Positions 24,160 through 36,460 of a stretch of 64,000 nt of DNA are shown in pieces. This DNA comes from Harriotta raleighana (lineage: Eukaryota). The stretch is from assembly GCA_050575255.1 (NCBI GenBank), contig JBNZDD010013664.1:2845481-2909480 (forward strand), in the 5' to 3' direction. Positions within the stretch are counted from its first letter, which is position 1. Each line of letters starts with the position of its first letter. The notes beneath the pieces are model-generated. The model did not search any database and was not told the origin of the DNA. It worked only from the letters and a program-made list of their open reading frames with translations. Both the position numbers and the translations under genes were made by a program.

Positions 24160-24425
24160 CTTCAGACATCTCAAAGCACTTTATAGAATATACTGTAAAG
24201 TGAATTGACCACATATTTGTGGGTAAAACACGGCAGCCGATTGTGCACACAGCAGTGTCCCACAAACAACTGTGGATTGAAATGATTAATGTATTATTGT
24301 TTTTTCTGAGGTATTATCAGCTGTGTGGAGTTAGGAAACTTGCTGGAAGTTTTGTCTTGCCTGGAATCAAACCCAGGTCACTCGCTTGCAATGCAAGTCG
24401 TCTAACCACCGAGCTACAGAACTAC
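24160..24425 (-). mobile_element. tRNA-derived Deu-type SINE
   Basis: Reverse-strand head (ctgtagctcggtggttagacg...ctgggtttgattccagg), Deu core and L2-like tail. Confidence 0.8.
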
Positions 24426-25272
24426 AGAATATATTTTGTGAAACACTTTGAGATTTCTCAACAACATGATAAGGCACTATATCAAACACAAGGTTTATTA
24501 CTATTATTATTGTTATTATAAAACCTCACAGAAGTCAAATAGGCATGAAAAATTCTGCAAGTGATCACTTTGTAAAACCTTGCTGAGGCCTTGTGAAAGG
24601 TATTAACAATTTTTACTGCTCGTTCAGAAAGTGGTCTCTTAAATCTGGTGGGAAAAATTTAGTTCCCACCCCGTTCACATGAGGAGCATACTCCCGAAGC
24701 ACTTTACAGGATCCTGACTGTGAAGTGGAACAACTGAGTGTTCGCAAACAAATACAGCAGTCAATCTGGAATTCACCTGCAAAATACTGTCACCACAATA
24801 ATAATAATCCTTGCTTGTAACATAGCACTTTACTGCATTAAAAATAGAATTCTAAGCACATTAGAGGATATACTATAAAGCGGATGATTGACTATCATAA
24901 TATTTATAATAATCCTTGCGTTTGATATAGTTCTTTTCACATCTTATCGACATCTTAAATCATGTGGGCAAAACACAATGTATTATTATTATCATTCAAT
25001 TAAAAAATGCCCACAGCAATGTCCCAGAGACAACCAGGAAACAAATGACCAGCTTTATCTGGGGGTAAACTGTTGGGCAGAAATAGAGGCTGTTTCCCCC
25101 TAAACATAGGCTCTGAAGGCTGCACACCGACCCCCTCCTCTTCACACATATTACAGGTTTAATGAGTGAAATGGAAACATTACCCAGCTCACACACACAC
25201 TCTCTCTCTGCTCCCCCCTCACTCAAATCAGCAGCGGCCTGAGGGAGGGGGAGGAATGGAGCAGCCACATAC

Positions 25273-25475
25273 CCAGTCGCCGCTGCTTTATCCTGGTCCG
25301 TACAGGAGCCGCCGCCGCAGGGGCACAATGGTCCCTGTCTGGTCGGCTGTCCCGCTGGGCAGGTGTGACACTGATGTAGATGTATTGCAGGTGCTCTGTC
25401 TCCCGAGTGCCGGCCGCCGCTCTCCCACTGACTGACAGCCTCCGCTTCTCCCAGGCCTTGTTGTCGCTCGCTGCC
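25273..25475 (-). other. VAMP7: Probable non-coding first exon of VAMP7
   Basis: GC/CpG-rich, with no ATG on the minus strand, ending at donor TGG|gtatgt (25272). An alternative donor TGG|gtaatg lies at 25183. The TSS is inferred. Confidence 0.6.
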
Positions 25476-26203
25476 CACAAACTTCCGGTCAGTTACTGCT
25501 GACTCACTGCGCACGCGCCTCATTCCCACCTCACACTCACTGCGCACGCGTCTCATTCCCCTCACACTCACTCACAAACTGCGCACGCGTCTCATACCCC
25601 CTACACTCACTGTGCACGCCCTCACTCTTCCCGTCACACTCACTACGCATGCGCCTCACTCATTCCCTTCATTCACATATACTCGCTGCGCACGCGTCGC
25701 TGCCAGCAGCTGTCAGCGTTGCCAGACTGAGCGTTTTTTTTCCCTCCAAAGGTTTTGGACGACGAGTTTTTAATTTTTTTTAAATGATTTTTTATTTTAA
25801 CCGCTCGACCACATTTCCCCACCCCCTCCTCCCTTTGAAGGCATTTTCTTCTACAGAGTTTCAAAAGCACTGACCTGAATTAGTCTCTGCCCCATATCTA
25901 GGGTGAGAGGCGACCCTTCCTATTGGGCTACTTTGGTACTCGTGTTTGCTGGACTTTGGGCTACAAACCCGCCTGGCCACTCATGGCGCCTTTCTTCTTT
26001 GAACCCGCGTCTAGCACCGAATCAGGGGGGGAGGGGGTGAAGGGGTGGCTGGGGGCATCGTGCTCTTTTGAATTGAAAAGATTTTTCGGAAGAAATTCTA
26101 GGAGCATTTGGGGACTGCAACTCCCGGCAGCCTCCGCGTTAGGCGACGGGCAGTGCCAGTGACGTATAATCGAAGCGCCCGTCCGTCGGCTCGCGGTGTG
26201 AGC
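25476..26203. promoter_or_regulatory. CpG-rich bidirectional promoter shared by VAMP7 and POLR1D
   Basis: Divergent genes and high CpG. Motifs: ETS/GABP ACTTCCGG (25481-25488), six NRF1-like TGCGCACGCG units (25508-25697), ZNF143/THAP11-type ACTGCAACTCCCGGCAGCC (26114-26132) and CRE-like GTGACGTA (26159-26166). Confidence 0.8.
25502..25700. repeat. Degenerate 31-43 bp minisatellite, six units, each carrying an NRF1-like core
   Basis: Unit is approximately ACTCAC-TGCGCACGCG-(C/T)CTCATTCCC-CTCAC. Cores start at 25508, 25541, 25580, 25611, 25644 and 25687. Confidence 0.85.
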
Positions 26204-26245
26204 ATGGCAACGGCGGAGAGCGAGAACAGGCCTGTGCTGGAGATG
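26204..26245 (+). CDS. POLR1D: RNA polymerases I and III subunit RPAC2 (AC19), coding exon 1
   Basis: agcATGG...ATG|gtgaga; MATAESENRPVLEM. Confidence 0.9.
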
Positions 26246-26819
26246 GTGAGAGCTGACTGCACTCGAATGGCGGCAGAGGGGAGGAGGGAGTTGGGGGGAG
26301 GAGAAGGGAGAGGTTTTGTGGGACGTTGTCCCGATGTGAAAAGCGCTGTACAAGAGTAATTTTGTTGTTGTTATGGGGGGGGAAGCCACAGGGATATCAT
26401 GAAGTCTAGAGTTACAGACTGACTGAGTTTTGTGTGGGGGAGGGGAGAAGACGCTGGGATGATCCCAATGTTCTCCCCGGGAGGCAGGGATTCCTCCCCA
26501 CTCTTATTTATTCTGTTTTAGTTGGTTAGACTCCAGCAGTTACCCCCAACGCACACTCTGGGCCTCTCCCAAGACTTTGCTCTTGCCAGCCTGCGCCTAC
26601 CTAATATTTTATTAAAAGGTAAATTATCGAAAGTGACAAGTAGGAAATATGATAATAATAATCCCTACGTTTGATGTAGCGTTTTTCACGTTTTCTCGAC
26701 GTCTTAGTGTTTCACTGAATATACTGTATATTTGTGGGTGAAATATAGCATTCACTATGGATATTGGAGTGAACACAGATAGATATTATAGGCTTATATA
26801 TATATATATAGAGAGAGAG

Positions 26820-27910
26820 AAGCCCACTGGTTACAGGGACAGTGGCAGCATGGATACAGAACGGGCTGGGAAATAGAAAGCAGAGAGTTGTGTTGAACGG
26901 CTGTTTTTCTGACTGGAGGGTGGTGTACAGTGGTGTCCCCCAGGGATCAGTATTGGGACCACTGCTCTTTTTAATTTATATTAATGATCTGGACTTGGGT
27001 ATAGAGAGTACCATTTCAAAGTTTGCAGATGACACAAAGTTAGGAAAAATAGTAAATAGTGAGGAGGAAAGTAGTCATCTGGAAGGTATAGACCGAATGG
27101 TAAAATGGGCAGACACATGGCAGATGAAATTTAGAGAAATGAGAGGTAATGCATTTCGAGAGGAGAAATGAGGGGAGGCAATATAGATTAGGTAGTACAA
27201 TTTTATGGGGTGTGAAGGGACAGAGAGATCTGGGGGTTTGTGTAGGTAATTCTTTGAAGGTGGCAGGGTAGGTAGATAAGGCTGTTTTAAAAAAAAAAGC
27301 ATACGGAATACTAGGCTTTATAAATAGGGGCATAGAGTACAAAAGTCAGGAAGTTCTGAATAAACTCTCTAAAACTTTGGTTAGGCCTCAGCTAGAGTAC
27401 TGTGTTCAATTTTGGTCACCACACTTTAGGAACTATGTTAAGGCATTGGAAAGGGTGCAGATGAGATTCACCAAGATGGTACCAGGAATGAGGGACTTCA
27501 GCTATGAGGAAAGGCTATAGAAGCTAGGTTTATTCTCATTGGTACAGAGAAGTTACGAGGAGACCTAATAGAGGTTTTTAAGATCACGAGGGGATTCTAC
27601 AGAGTAAACAAGGAAAAATTGTTTCCACTGATGGTCACAGATTTGAAATAGTTTCAAAAAAAGCAGGGGGAGGTGAGGAGAAATGTTTTCACTCAGCGCG
27701 TTGTTCGAATCTGGAATGCAATGCCTGAAACGGTGGTGGAGGCCGATTCGGTGCCAACTTTTAAAAGAGAGGTAGACATTTATTTGGGGAGAACAAGTTT
27801 GCACGGTTATGGGAAGAGAGCTGGGGAGTGGGGATTAAATTGCTCTTTTTAAACAGCCAGCACAGACTTGATGGGCCAAATGGCCTCCTTTTGTGCCATA
27901 GGATTCTATG
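26820..27910 (+). mobile_element. 5'-truncated CR1 LINE (RT C-terminus and 3' end), frameshifted
   Basis: WIQNGLGNRKQRVVLNG...SGVPQGSVLGPLLFLIYINDLD...SKFADDTKLG. Ends gggccaaatggcctcct...attctatg, preceded by (TA)n(GA)n. Confidence 0.92.
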
Positions 27911-29006
27911 AGATCAACATCTGTCAGCTTATTCATTAGTTTTTTGGGGGCAGCCGGGTGTCTGACCACATATTACATTCACCCACAAAACCCAATTCAA
28001 CCCACAAAACCTAATTACTTAGGTAAACCTCCGTAGGTAGGGACTCTTCCCACTCACTTTCTGTTCATGCTGCAAGCGAAAGCTCTCACGGGTAGGATGG
28101 TCCCAGCTGGACAAGCAGCGGGAAAACTTTGCAAGACAATGCACTTGATGGCAAACTATGCGGATTTAGATGGTTAGGCTCCAGCAGTTACCTCAACGCA
28201 CACTCTGGCGTCTCCAAGCTTTATATCTTGCCAAATGCTTTCTCAAATTAGGTAAGCAGGATGCATGCCTCCAGGGAGAGAGCGCATTCCATTCTAACAG
28301 ATATCTCTGGAATTTTCCCTGTGTAGGTGGGTTGCATGGAAATCTCAGCTTGGTTTGGATACTCTTGGATAAACGTGGTGTTGGGTTTCTGAGTGTGTCC
28401 TCCGGATGTGAAAGGCACTCTCACATCTTAAGAGAAATCTCAAAGTGTTTCTCAGAATTTAATGTAAAGTGAATTGGGTTTTATCGGTTATTTTATGGGT
28501 GAAACACGGCTGCCTATTGCGCACAGTGATGATGTAATTTGTTGTCAATGTGCTTGACCAAAAACAAATGAATAAACTGACAGATGTGAGTAGATTAGAT
28601 TGACTCGATTGAGCTACTCAGCACTGCCTTGTCTTGGATCATGAATAGGCATGAATGAATTGATCATGTCAAAATGTCTTAAGTGTTCTCTCAAGTAATT
28701 GCTGTCAAGTCCAGTGACTGTACTGTAAACAAATCAGACCTCCATTTGTATCAGCAAAGAGTGCCACACACCATAACAGTGAATTGCTAATTAATTTAAT
28801 CTCCACAACTTTGTTCATTTCCACCCCAGCTCCCCATATCTTCAAACTTGTCAAGGCCCTATTCTCAGGACTATCCAGCTCCATCCAGTTGTAGACCATC
28901 CAGAACTCTGCAGTCTCTCCCTCCATCCTACACAAGATGCAGACCATCCGGAACTCTGCAGTGTCTCTCTCTGATCTCCACGCACAAACAATACAGACAG
29001 ATGAAT

Positions 29007-29340
29007 TATAATAATAATAATCCTTGCATTTGATATAGCGCTTTTTCACATCTTATCAACGTCCCAAAGCGCTTCACAGAATATACTGTAAAGTGAATTG
29101 ACTATATATTTGTGGGCGGAACGCGGCAGCCAATTGCGCACAGCAGTGTCCCACAAACAGTCATAAATTGAAATGACCAATTTTATTATTGTGGTTTTTT
29201 TTGAGGGATTATTATTAGGCATGTGGAGTAAGGAAACTTGCCCAAGGTTTCGCCCTGATCTGCCTGGATTCGAACACAGGTCTCATGCTTGTAAGGCATG
29301 TAAGGCGAGTGCTCTAACCACTGAGCCACAGGAGCTCCAC
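29007..29340 (-). mobile_element. Full-length tRNA-derived Deu-type SINE
   Basis: (AAT)n tail at 29007, Deu core, and reverse tRNA-like head ending ...ctaaccactgagccacaggagctccac. Confidence 0.88.
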
Positions 29341-29371
29341 TTGATGTGCTTTTTCCCCCAATATGGAAAAA

Positions 29372-29676
29372 AGTGGAACTCCTGTAACTCAGTGGTTAGA
29401 GCATTCACCTTACAAGAGTGAGACTGTGTTTGAATCCAGGCAGATCAGGGAGAAACCTTGAGCAAGTTTTCTTACTCCACATGCCCAATAGTAATCTATC
29501 CCCCCCAAAATTAGTCATTTTTAATCCACGACTGTTTGTGGGATACTGCTCTGCGCAATTATCTGCGTTTTGTCCACAAATATGCGGTCAATTCACTTTA
29601 CAGAATATTCTGTGAAGCGCTTTGAGACGTCGATAAGATGAAAAGCGCAATATTAAATGCAAGGATTATTATTATA
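29372..29676 (+). mobile_element. Full-length tRNA-derived Deu-type SINE
   Basis: Head gtggaactcctgtaactcagtggttagagc (A box) ...gtttgaatcc (B box), Deu core, and tail aatgcaaggattattatt. Confidence 0.88.
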
Positions 29677-30471
29677 TGGCAGTGCCACCATGAGCCTGTG
29701 GGTGGCGGTGCTGAGCTACACGCAGTCCTGTTGTTCTGCAGCGCCACCTGTCTGGATTTAGCGATACTGCATCTCTACTTGCTGAGGAGGAATCAAAACA
29801 TTTTATTCATCACAAGTGAATTCGTGGATGGTTTCTGGCAAAGCATTTCGGAACCCGTGACACTGGAATTAGGCTGCAAATGAATGCTCTAATGAAGGAC
29901 TTTGTTCTATTGTCAGTCAGTCAGTTGATTGTGAGAATCAGGCTGGCTACAGTAACCACAAGTTCTTGCCATTACACATGTGTTGAGGGGATTACTGAGA
30001 CCATTGAAGATGGGGGTGAAGGGAATGCCATGTGCTGTCTTGTGATAATCTGTTTTAATAGACTGTCTAAACTAAGCTATATTGTTGTTCACTGAGTGTA
30101 GTAAGGGTCTGTCCTGTGTTCAAGAAGCACTGAAGGAATGTGATAAAGATCCGTGATTAGTCTCACAGTCATAGACGCCATAGGAATGGGGGAGGTCCAT
30201 ATGCTATTTAATAACTGTTATGGGGATCTGCATTGTACTATGGTCCAGATCTGGGACCACTTAGCAGGCAAAATCTTTGGAGAGAGGAACGTGAGTTAAT
30301 GTATCAGGTCCATGACCTTTCCAATATTAACTCATTTCCCTCTGCAAAAATGGTGAGTGACCTGCTGAGTGTTCCCAGTGACTTCTGTTTTTATTCCAGA
30401 TTTCCAGCGTCTGCTGTACTTTGTTATGGTCTAGTTCTGTTTGTTATGAGTACTATGCTGTTTGTCTCCAG

Positions 30472-30569
30472 GTCCAGGCAGATGGCTGTGATGACTCCAG
30501 CATTACATTTGTTTTGCATGACGAAGACCACACGATTGGAAACGCCCTGCGGTACATGGTTATGAAGAA
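30472..30569 (+). CDS. POLR1D: POLR1D coding exon 2
   Basis: ccag|GTC...AAG AA|gtaggt; [32 protein letters not shown], with the RPB11/AC19 'EDHT.GN.LR' signature. Confidence 0.97.
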
Positions 30570-31044
30570 GTAGGTGTTTCTCCTCCAAGTAATAAACTTT
30601 GTGTCTACTTGGGAAGCTGGCTAGATAGATTACACCACATTCCAGTAAATCCCACAAGAGAATAACTGAAGAGAATAAAGCTGTTGTTTCTATCAAAAGG
30701 AGAAACCTGCACAGAACTGCCACATTTGTGGATTAAATCTGGGCTCTGTGTTTGTATTGAAAGAGAAGATTGTAGTTTACTCTCTAAACTAAAGGGTGCA
30801 AAGGCTTCTCGGTTGAGCAGATTTGGGAACCATTCTGTATATGTACATAGACATACTGGTTGTGCTTTTAAGTGAAACAATTGGTCAGTTTTTCCAGTTT
30901 TCTCTAAATCAAGGAAAATGATTTTTTTTTGTGTGTTTTTTAAAAAAATCGTATTTTGAACGACAAAAATGGCTTGCAGATGTCAAACTGTATATGCGTA
31001 GGCATTGCTGTAACATTGTTTCCTATGCAATAATAATGCTAAAT

Positions 31045-31520
31045 AAAAAATAATCCTTGCATTTCATGCCTTATCACATTGTCGAGATTTCTCAAATAAC
31101 TTCCTCATTGTTTGACATCGCCTCCACCCAGCTTCACAAAGTTTACTGTAAAGTGCAGTGACTTTGTATTTTGGAGGTGAACGAGGCAGCCAATTGTCAT
31201 ACTGCAATGCCCACAAACAGTAATTAAGTGAATGGCCATTTTTGTTTGGGGGCTTGTTAGCCAAGACTTTGGGGAAACTCCTTTTGCTTTTCGAATAGTG
31301 CCATGGGATCTTTAACTCCCACCTGTTAAAGGGATTATAAATAATAATCCCTCAAAAAAAATTGGTCAATTCAATCCACAAGTGTTTGTGGGATACTGCT
31401 GTGCGCAATTGGCTCCTGCGTTTCGCATACAAATGTACAGTCAATACACTTTACAGTATATTCTGTGAAGCGCTTTGAGACGTCTGGAAGACACAAAAAG
31501 AACAATATCGATTGCAAAGA
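31045..31520. mobile_element. Two adjacent SINE fragments in opposite orientation
   Basis: Minus-strand copy at about 31045-31325 and plus-strand copy at about 31335-31520, both with Deu core and L2-like tail. Confidence 0.7.
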
Positions 31521-31964
31521 TTATTATTATCACAAAGAGGCCTGGTTATAAAATGGAATGAGAAATATTGTAGTTTGTGGTCGGTTAACTTGGTGTAATG
31601 TGTGCCGGAGTGGGTGGAGGCGATGTCAAACAATGAGGAAGTTGTTTGCATGGTCTTTGTAGGATTGAAGATCCTTCTCATTCTGTGTTCTCTTTCACAA
31701 TAAGGAGAAGCAGAAAGTAATTTTGAAGCTAGTTGTTTGTGTGCCCCTCACGTGATTGTGCTTGTGACTGAACTGCATTAGCCTCAGGGTATGAGTGCCC
31801 CACATAAGCAAAGAACCACTTTTCCGTTCAGCCTCACAGCTTGGAGCTACTGTAGTTCTTTACAGATTTGCCGAATCAAAGCTACAACCTTGTCACAGCT
31901 ACGTACGCCAACTGGGTTGGCACCCATATTCACTAGTCTTTGTCTGAATGTGAAAGTTGACATA

Positions 31965-32300
31965 ATATTAATAGTTCTTGCATTTGATATAGTGCTTTAT
32001 TACATCTTCAAGATGTCTCAAAGCGCTTAGCAGAATATATTATAAAATGAATTGACTGCACATTTTGTGGATGAAATTCGACAGCCAATTATGTAGTGTG
32101 CCACAAACAGTCATGGATTCGGTGACCTAATTTTTTTTGAGGGACTGTTACCCCCAGAAAAGATCCTCCAATTGACTCAACAACTGGATTCCTACTTACT
32201 GCTAGGTAAACAGTAAGGAAATTTACAAAATGTTTTGCCCTACCCAGGAATCGAACCCAGGTCCTCTCACTTGCGAGTTGAGTGCTCTAAGCTACAGAAT
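31965..32300 (-). mobile_element. tRNA-derived Deu-type SINE
   Basis: Tail at about 31965; reverse head ccaggaatcgaacccaggtcctctcacttgcgag at about 32244. Confidence 0.78.
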
Positions 32301-32519
32301 GAGACTGCTAAGATTTATCTCTGTGACTCAGGCATGTAAGGAATATCTTTTAGCTGATTCCACTGGGTTCTTATTGCTAAGAACTTGGGAGAAATTCCAC
32401 GTATTAGAATGGTGCTTGATTTCCAAATTACATAAACCCTAAGAGATTGCTTTTTGGAAAGCAGAGCTTTTTAAGATGTGCTTAACCTTGGTTTTGGTTA
32501 AACTTTCTCTTTTTCTCAG

Positions 32520-32596
32520 TCCTGAGGTGGAGTTTTGTGGCTACAGCATCACTCATCCCTCAGAAAGCAAGATCAACTTTCGAATTCAAACCAAAG
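32520..32596 (+). CDS. POLR1D: POLR1D coding exon 3
   Basis: ctcag|T CCT...AAA G|gtaatg; (N)[25 protein letters not shown]. Confidence 0.97.
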
Positions 32597-33040
32597 GTAA
32601 TGTCCGTGTTTGAGTTTCATTGTTTCCTTGTTGCTTTATGATTTTCGAGGAGGGCTGAGTACTGAAATTATGATGGAGTCATACAGTTCAGCAGGAGGCC
32701 ATTTGGCCTATCATGTCTTTTCCAGCTCTGCAAGCTTGTCCTCCGTAAATAATTATCTACTCTCTTAAAAGTGTTATCATCACCCTTTCTGGCAAAGCGT
32801 TCCAGATCCCAATAACTCACTGTGTGAAAAATTAAGTGTGCAAGAGTATGGAATACAATCAACAGGAATGGTTTTAACCTGGTGCTACAGATATTTGACA
32901 AAATGTTACCGTAAATCAGCCTGCACATTAATAATAATCCTTGCATTTGTATAGTCCCTATCAGACTTGGAGATGGCTTTCCCATACAATGTATGCAGTT
33001 GTTGTCCATGCCTTATCTCAGCAGCTCGTACCAGCAACTT

Positions 33041-33680
33041 ATAAGAACATAAGAATCAGGAGCAGAAGTAGGCCATTCAGCCCCTCGAGCCTGCCCCGCC
33101 ATTCAATAAGATCATGGCTGATCTAATCTAACTCCACCTGCCCACTTTATCCCCATATCCCTTAATCCCTTTATCCGTAAGAAATATAACAATCTCAGTC
33201 TTGAATATGTTCAAAGACTGAGCATCTACAGCCTTTTGGAGTAGAGAATTCCATAAATTCACCACCCTCTGAGTGAAGAAGTTTTTCCTTGACTCAATGT
33301 AAAAAGGCTGACCCCTAATCTTAAGACTATGACCCCTAGATATAGTTTCTACAACCAGAGGAAACAGTCTCTCACTGCCTACTCTATCATCCCCTTAATA
33401 ATATTATAGGTTTCTAGAAGATTACCTCTAATTCTTCTATATTCTAGAGAATATAGGCCTAGATTACTCAATCTATCCTCATAGCTCAAACCCCTCATCC
33501 GAGGAATCTACGCTGTCGCATTCAGACAAAGGCAGGTATGTCCTTTCTTAAATAAAAAGATCAAAACTGCATGTGGTACTCTAGGTGCAGTTTCACCAGG
33601 GCCCTATACAGTTGCCCCAAGACTTCCTTACTCTTATATTCTAACCCTTTAGTAATGAATGCCAACATACAGTTAACCTT
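33041..33680 (-). mobile_element. CR1 LINE 3' fragment
   Basis: Starts with the reverse CR1 tail ataagaacataagaatcaggagcagaagtaggccattcagccc, then CR1 3' body. Confidence 0.88.
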
Positions 33681-33789
33681 ATATTACAAGTACATGATTT
33701 AAAATTAGTATGTCTACTGTTTCACACAATGAAGAAAACGAGATTACATATTGGTATAGCCATATATTTACAACGGGGACAAGATTTGT

Positions 33790-34110
33790 AAGAGTCCTGT
33801 AGATCAGTGGTTAGAGCACTCGCCTTACAAGCGTGAGACCTGTGTTTTGAATCCAGCCAGGTCACGGTGAAATATTGGGCAAGTTTCCTTACTCCACATG
33901 CCTAATAATAAATCTGTCCCAAAAAAATCTATAATAAATTTGTATTTCAATCCACAACTGTTTGTGGGACACAGCTGTGCGCAATTGGGGGCCACGTTTC
34001 GCCCACAAATATTCAGTCAATTCACTTTACAGTATATTCTGTGAAGCACTTTGTGACATCTGGAAGATGTGAAAAACGCAATTTCAAATTCAAGGATTAT
34101 TGTTATAGTT
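33790..34110 (+). mobile_element. Full-length tRNA-derived Deu-type SINE
   Basis: Head agtcctgtagatcagtggttagagcactcgcc, Deu core, and tail caaggattattg. Confidence 0.85.
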
Positions 34111-35512
34111 ATTATCACGTCGCACAATGTTTCAAAGCGCTTCACTTCACAGGATATAGGACCAATTCTTTTTAGAAGATTGTTCGGCTGGATATGTGAA
34201 AATAACACATTTGTTACACCTTACAGTAATATAACAATAATAATTCTTGCATTTGATATAGTGCCTTACCATGTTGTCTCAGAGGGCTTCATAGATTATA
34301 CTGCAAAATTTAGTGACTGGGTTTTGTGGGCGAAATGTGGTAGTCAATTGCACGCTGCAGCGATAAAGTAACAAAGATAAACTGATGCGCTTTGAGAGGC
34401 ACTCACGATGTGAATGTCAAATGCAAGGATTACTATCAAATTTATCAGAAGATAGCTCCCTTGGGGGAGGTACAGTGCTGTTACTGTGACATGGGCACAA
34501 TGGGTTGAATGACTGTCTTTGCTCAGATGATTCATTCAGCAGCTTCATTCAATTACTTTTATGTCATTATTAGAATCAGGCACATGTGAATGAATGAATG
34601 TGATTGTGGCATGTTTAAGATTGGTTCTTTGCTGCCAGTTCCTCCTTTTTTTAATGTGGGATCTGGAGTCTCTTTTCCAATGCCTGCATCACCAAGCCCT
34701 TCAGTGAGTCTCTCCTTTAAATCCTGATGCGGAACCCAGTTAGAATACATTCGTATTAGCACAGGTTTACTTATCCTGGGTGTGGACACCCAACATGTAC
34801 CTCCCAAAAAGCAAGATGTTGTATTGTTAAGTGATGACTGCAATGCCACTTCAGCCATTTATTATTGTGTGATACGCTGCTGGCCTTTTGAAGCTAGCGG
34901 ATATCTATATGAATGCCTAATAATGCAGATATGCTTATCAGCAACCTCCCTCTGGTTATAAATCTAGTTGAAAGTTATGAACATACCCCCACAACCATCC
35001 CAACTGTAGGGCTGTACCGTATTTGCTTCTTCCATGTGTTTTTAACATGCCTTCAGCACTCAGCTATCAAAACTATAAAACTCTTCCCTAGTCTCTCCGA
35101 CTTCCCTCCTCCTCTGTTTTCACTTCACACCTAAAGACCTTCCTCTTCAACCGTGCCTACTTTCCCTGGCTCTGACTCAAGCTCCACCACTGTTAAGTGC
35201 TCTGAGTTGCTACCCTGAGTATATATACATGTTGTTGTTACAGTGTCTTGGGAGCGATGTAAAACCAAGAAATATAGACAGTAGAGGATGCAACAGATGC
35301 ATCAGTTTACATTTACAAAGCTCTGTGTAATCCTGCCAAAATTATGGCTGATATTAAAGAAAGGCAAGCACAAGATAGAGCCTAATCCCCCAAAGGCAGA
35401 CATGCCTGTACTGGACAGAAATGAGATTATTATCTCTGAACGTGTTTCCATGTTTACTTCTGGATCCTGGTTACCTTTGTGCTAAAGCCATTTGACTTTG
35501 ACATTTGTTTCC

Positions 35513-35729
35513 ACTAGGAGGAGGATTTATAGAATTCTCTACCCCAAAGGGTCGTTGAACATATTCAAGACTGAGATTGATAGATTTCTTGTGGATAAAG
35601 GGATTAAGGGATATGGGGATAAGGTGGGTAGGTGCAGTTAGAATAGATCAGGCATGATTTTATTGAATGGCGGAGCAGGCTCGAGGGGCCAAATGGCCTA
35701 TTTCTGCTTCTAATTCTTATGTTTTTATG
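35513..35729 (+). mobile_element. CR1 LINE 3' end
   Basis: Reverse complement of the 33041 element; ends gggccaaatggcctatttctgcttctaattcttatgtttttatg. Confidence 0.85.
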
Positions 35730-36229
35730 AGATGCGAGTACATCCAGAGCTTTGATAATTGTGCCATATCTCAGCATGGAGATCTTTAAAATCCACCTGA
35801 ACAGGCAGATGGATCTTGGTTTAACATCTCGTCCAAAGGACGGTACCTCCAACATTGCATTATCAATCCAGACTGTATGAGTTTAAAAAGTCTTATAATG
35901 CCCTATCTTCTAGGGCATCTCTTATCCAACCCCATTTTTCTCCACGCTCCACTCATGGATCCTGTTGTGTGAGGAAGAGAAACTGCTTTAATTTTATTGC
36001 ACCCAGGGGCTAGTGTCATAGTCAATCCACTCAATGGAACTTCCTGTGAAGCACTTTGAGACATCTCAACGGCATGATAAGGTGTTACATCCAATGCAAG
36101 GCTTATTATGTATTATGGGTAATATCTGAAGCCTTTCTTGACATGCACCGTAAAAATATAAACGCATTAGAAAGCATGGATTTAAAAAATATATATATTC
36201 AGCCCATCAAGTACATTTCATCCAACAAA

Positions 36230-36460
36230 ACAGGGTGGGGGACATTAGGAGTTGCCAATGGAACCGTTGAAGAGGAGGGCCTTGAGGTGGGACTTGAAGG
36301 GAGGGAGAAGACGAGGTGGAGGGATTGCGGGATGGAATTCCGGAGGTTGAGGGCAGTGTGGCTGAAGGCTGGCCCGCTAGTGGTGGGGCGGGGGACATGG
36401 AGCAGGCTGGAGCCCACCGAGTGGAGGGCGCGGACAGATTGTTGGGGGGGTCACAGAGGT
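36230..36460 (-). mobile_element. L2 LINE 3' fragment
   Basis: Minus frame reads LLHVPRPTTSGPAFSHTALNLRNSIP, an L2 C-terminal 'AFS..AP.LWN.LP'-like motif. Confidence 0.75.

Noticed and set aside
24996-25571. 191-aa minus-strand ORF over the promoter
   Set aside because: It is a by-product of the GC-rich island and minisatellite (MRRVRSE repeats), with a non-ATG start and no recognisable domain.
25502-25700. Repeat-spacer pattern superficially like a CRISPR array
   Set aside because: Vertebrate context, spacers are related CA/CT-rich sequence rather than unique, the core is only about 10 bp, and there are no cas genes.
28870-28980. 48-bp tandem duplication
   Set aside because: It derives from a decayed L2 segment (QTIQNSA-like), with no sign of function.
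29372-29445. SINE heads as functional tRNA genes (also 33790, 44703, 58517, 59496)
   Set aside because: They have A/B boxes but no complete cloverleaf and run directly into the SINE body.
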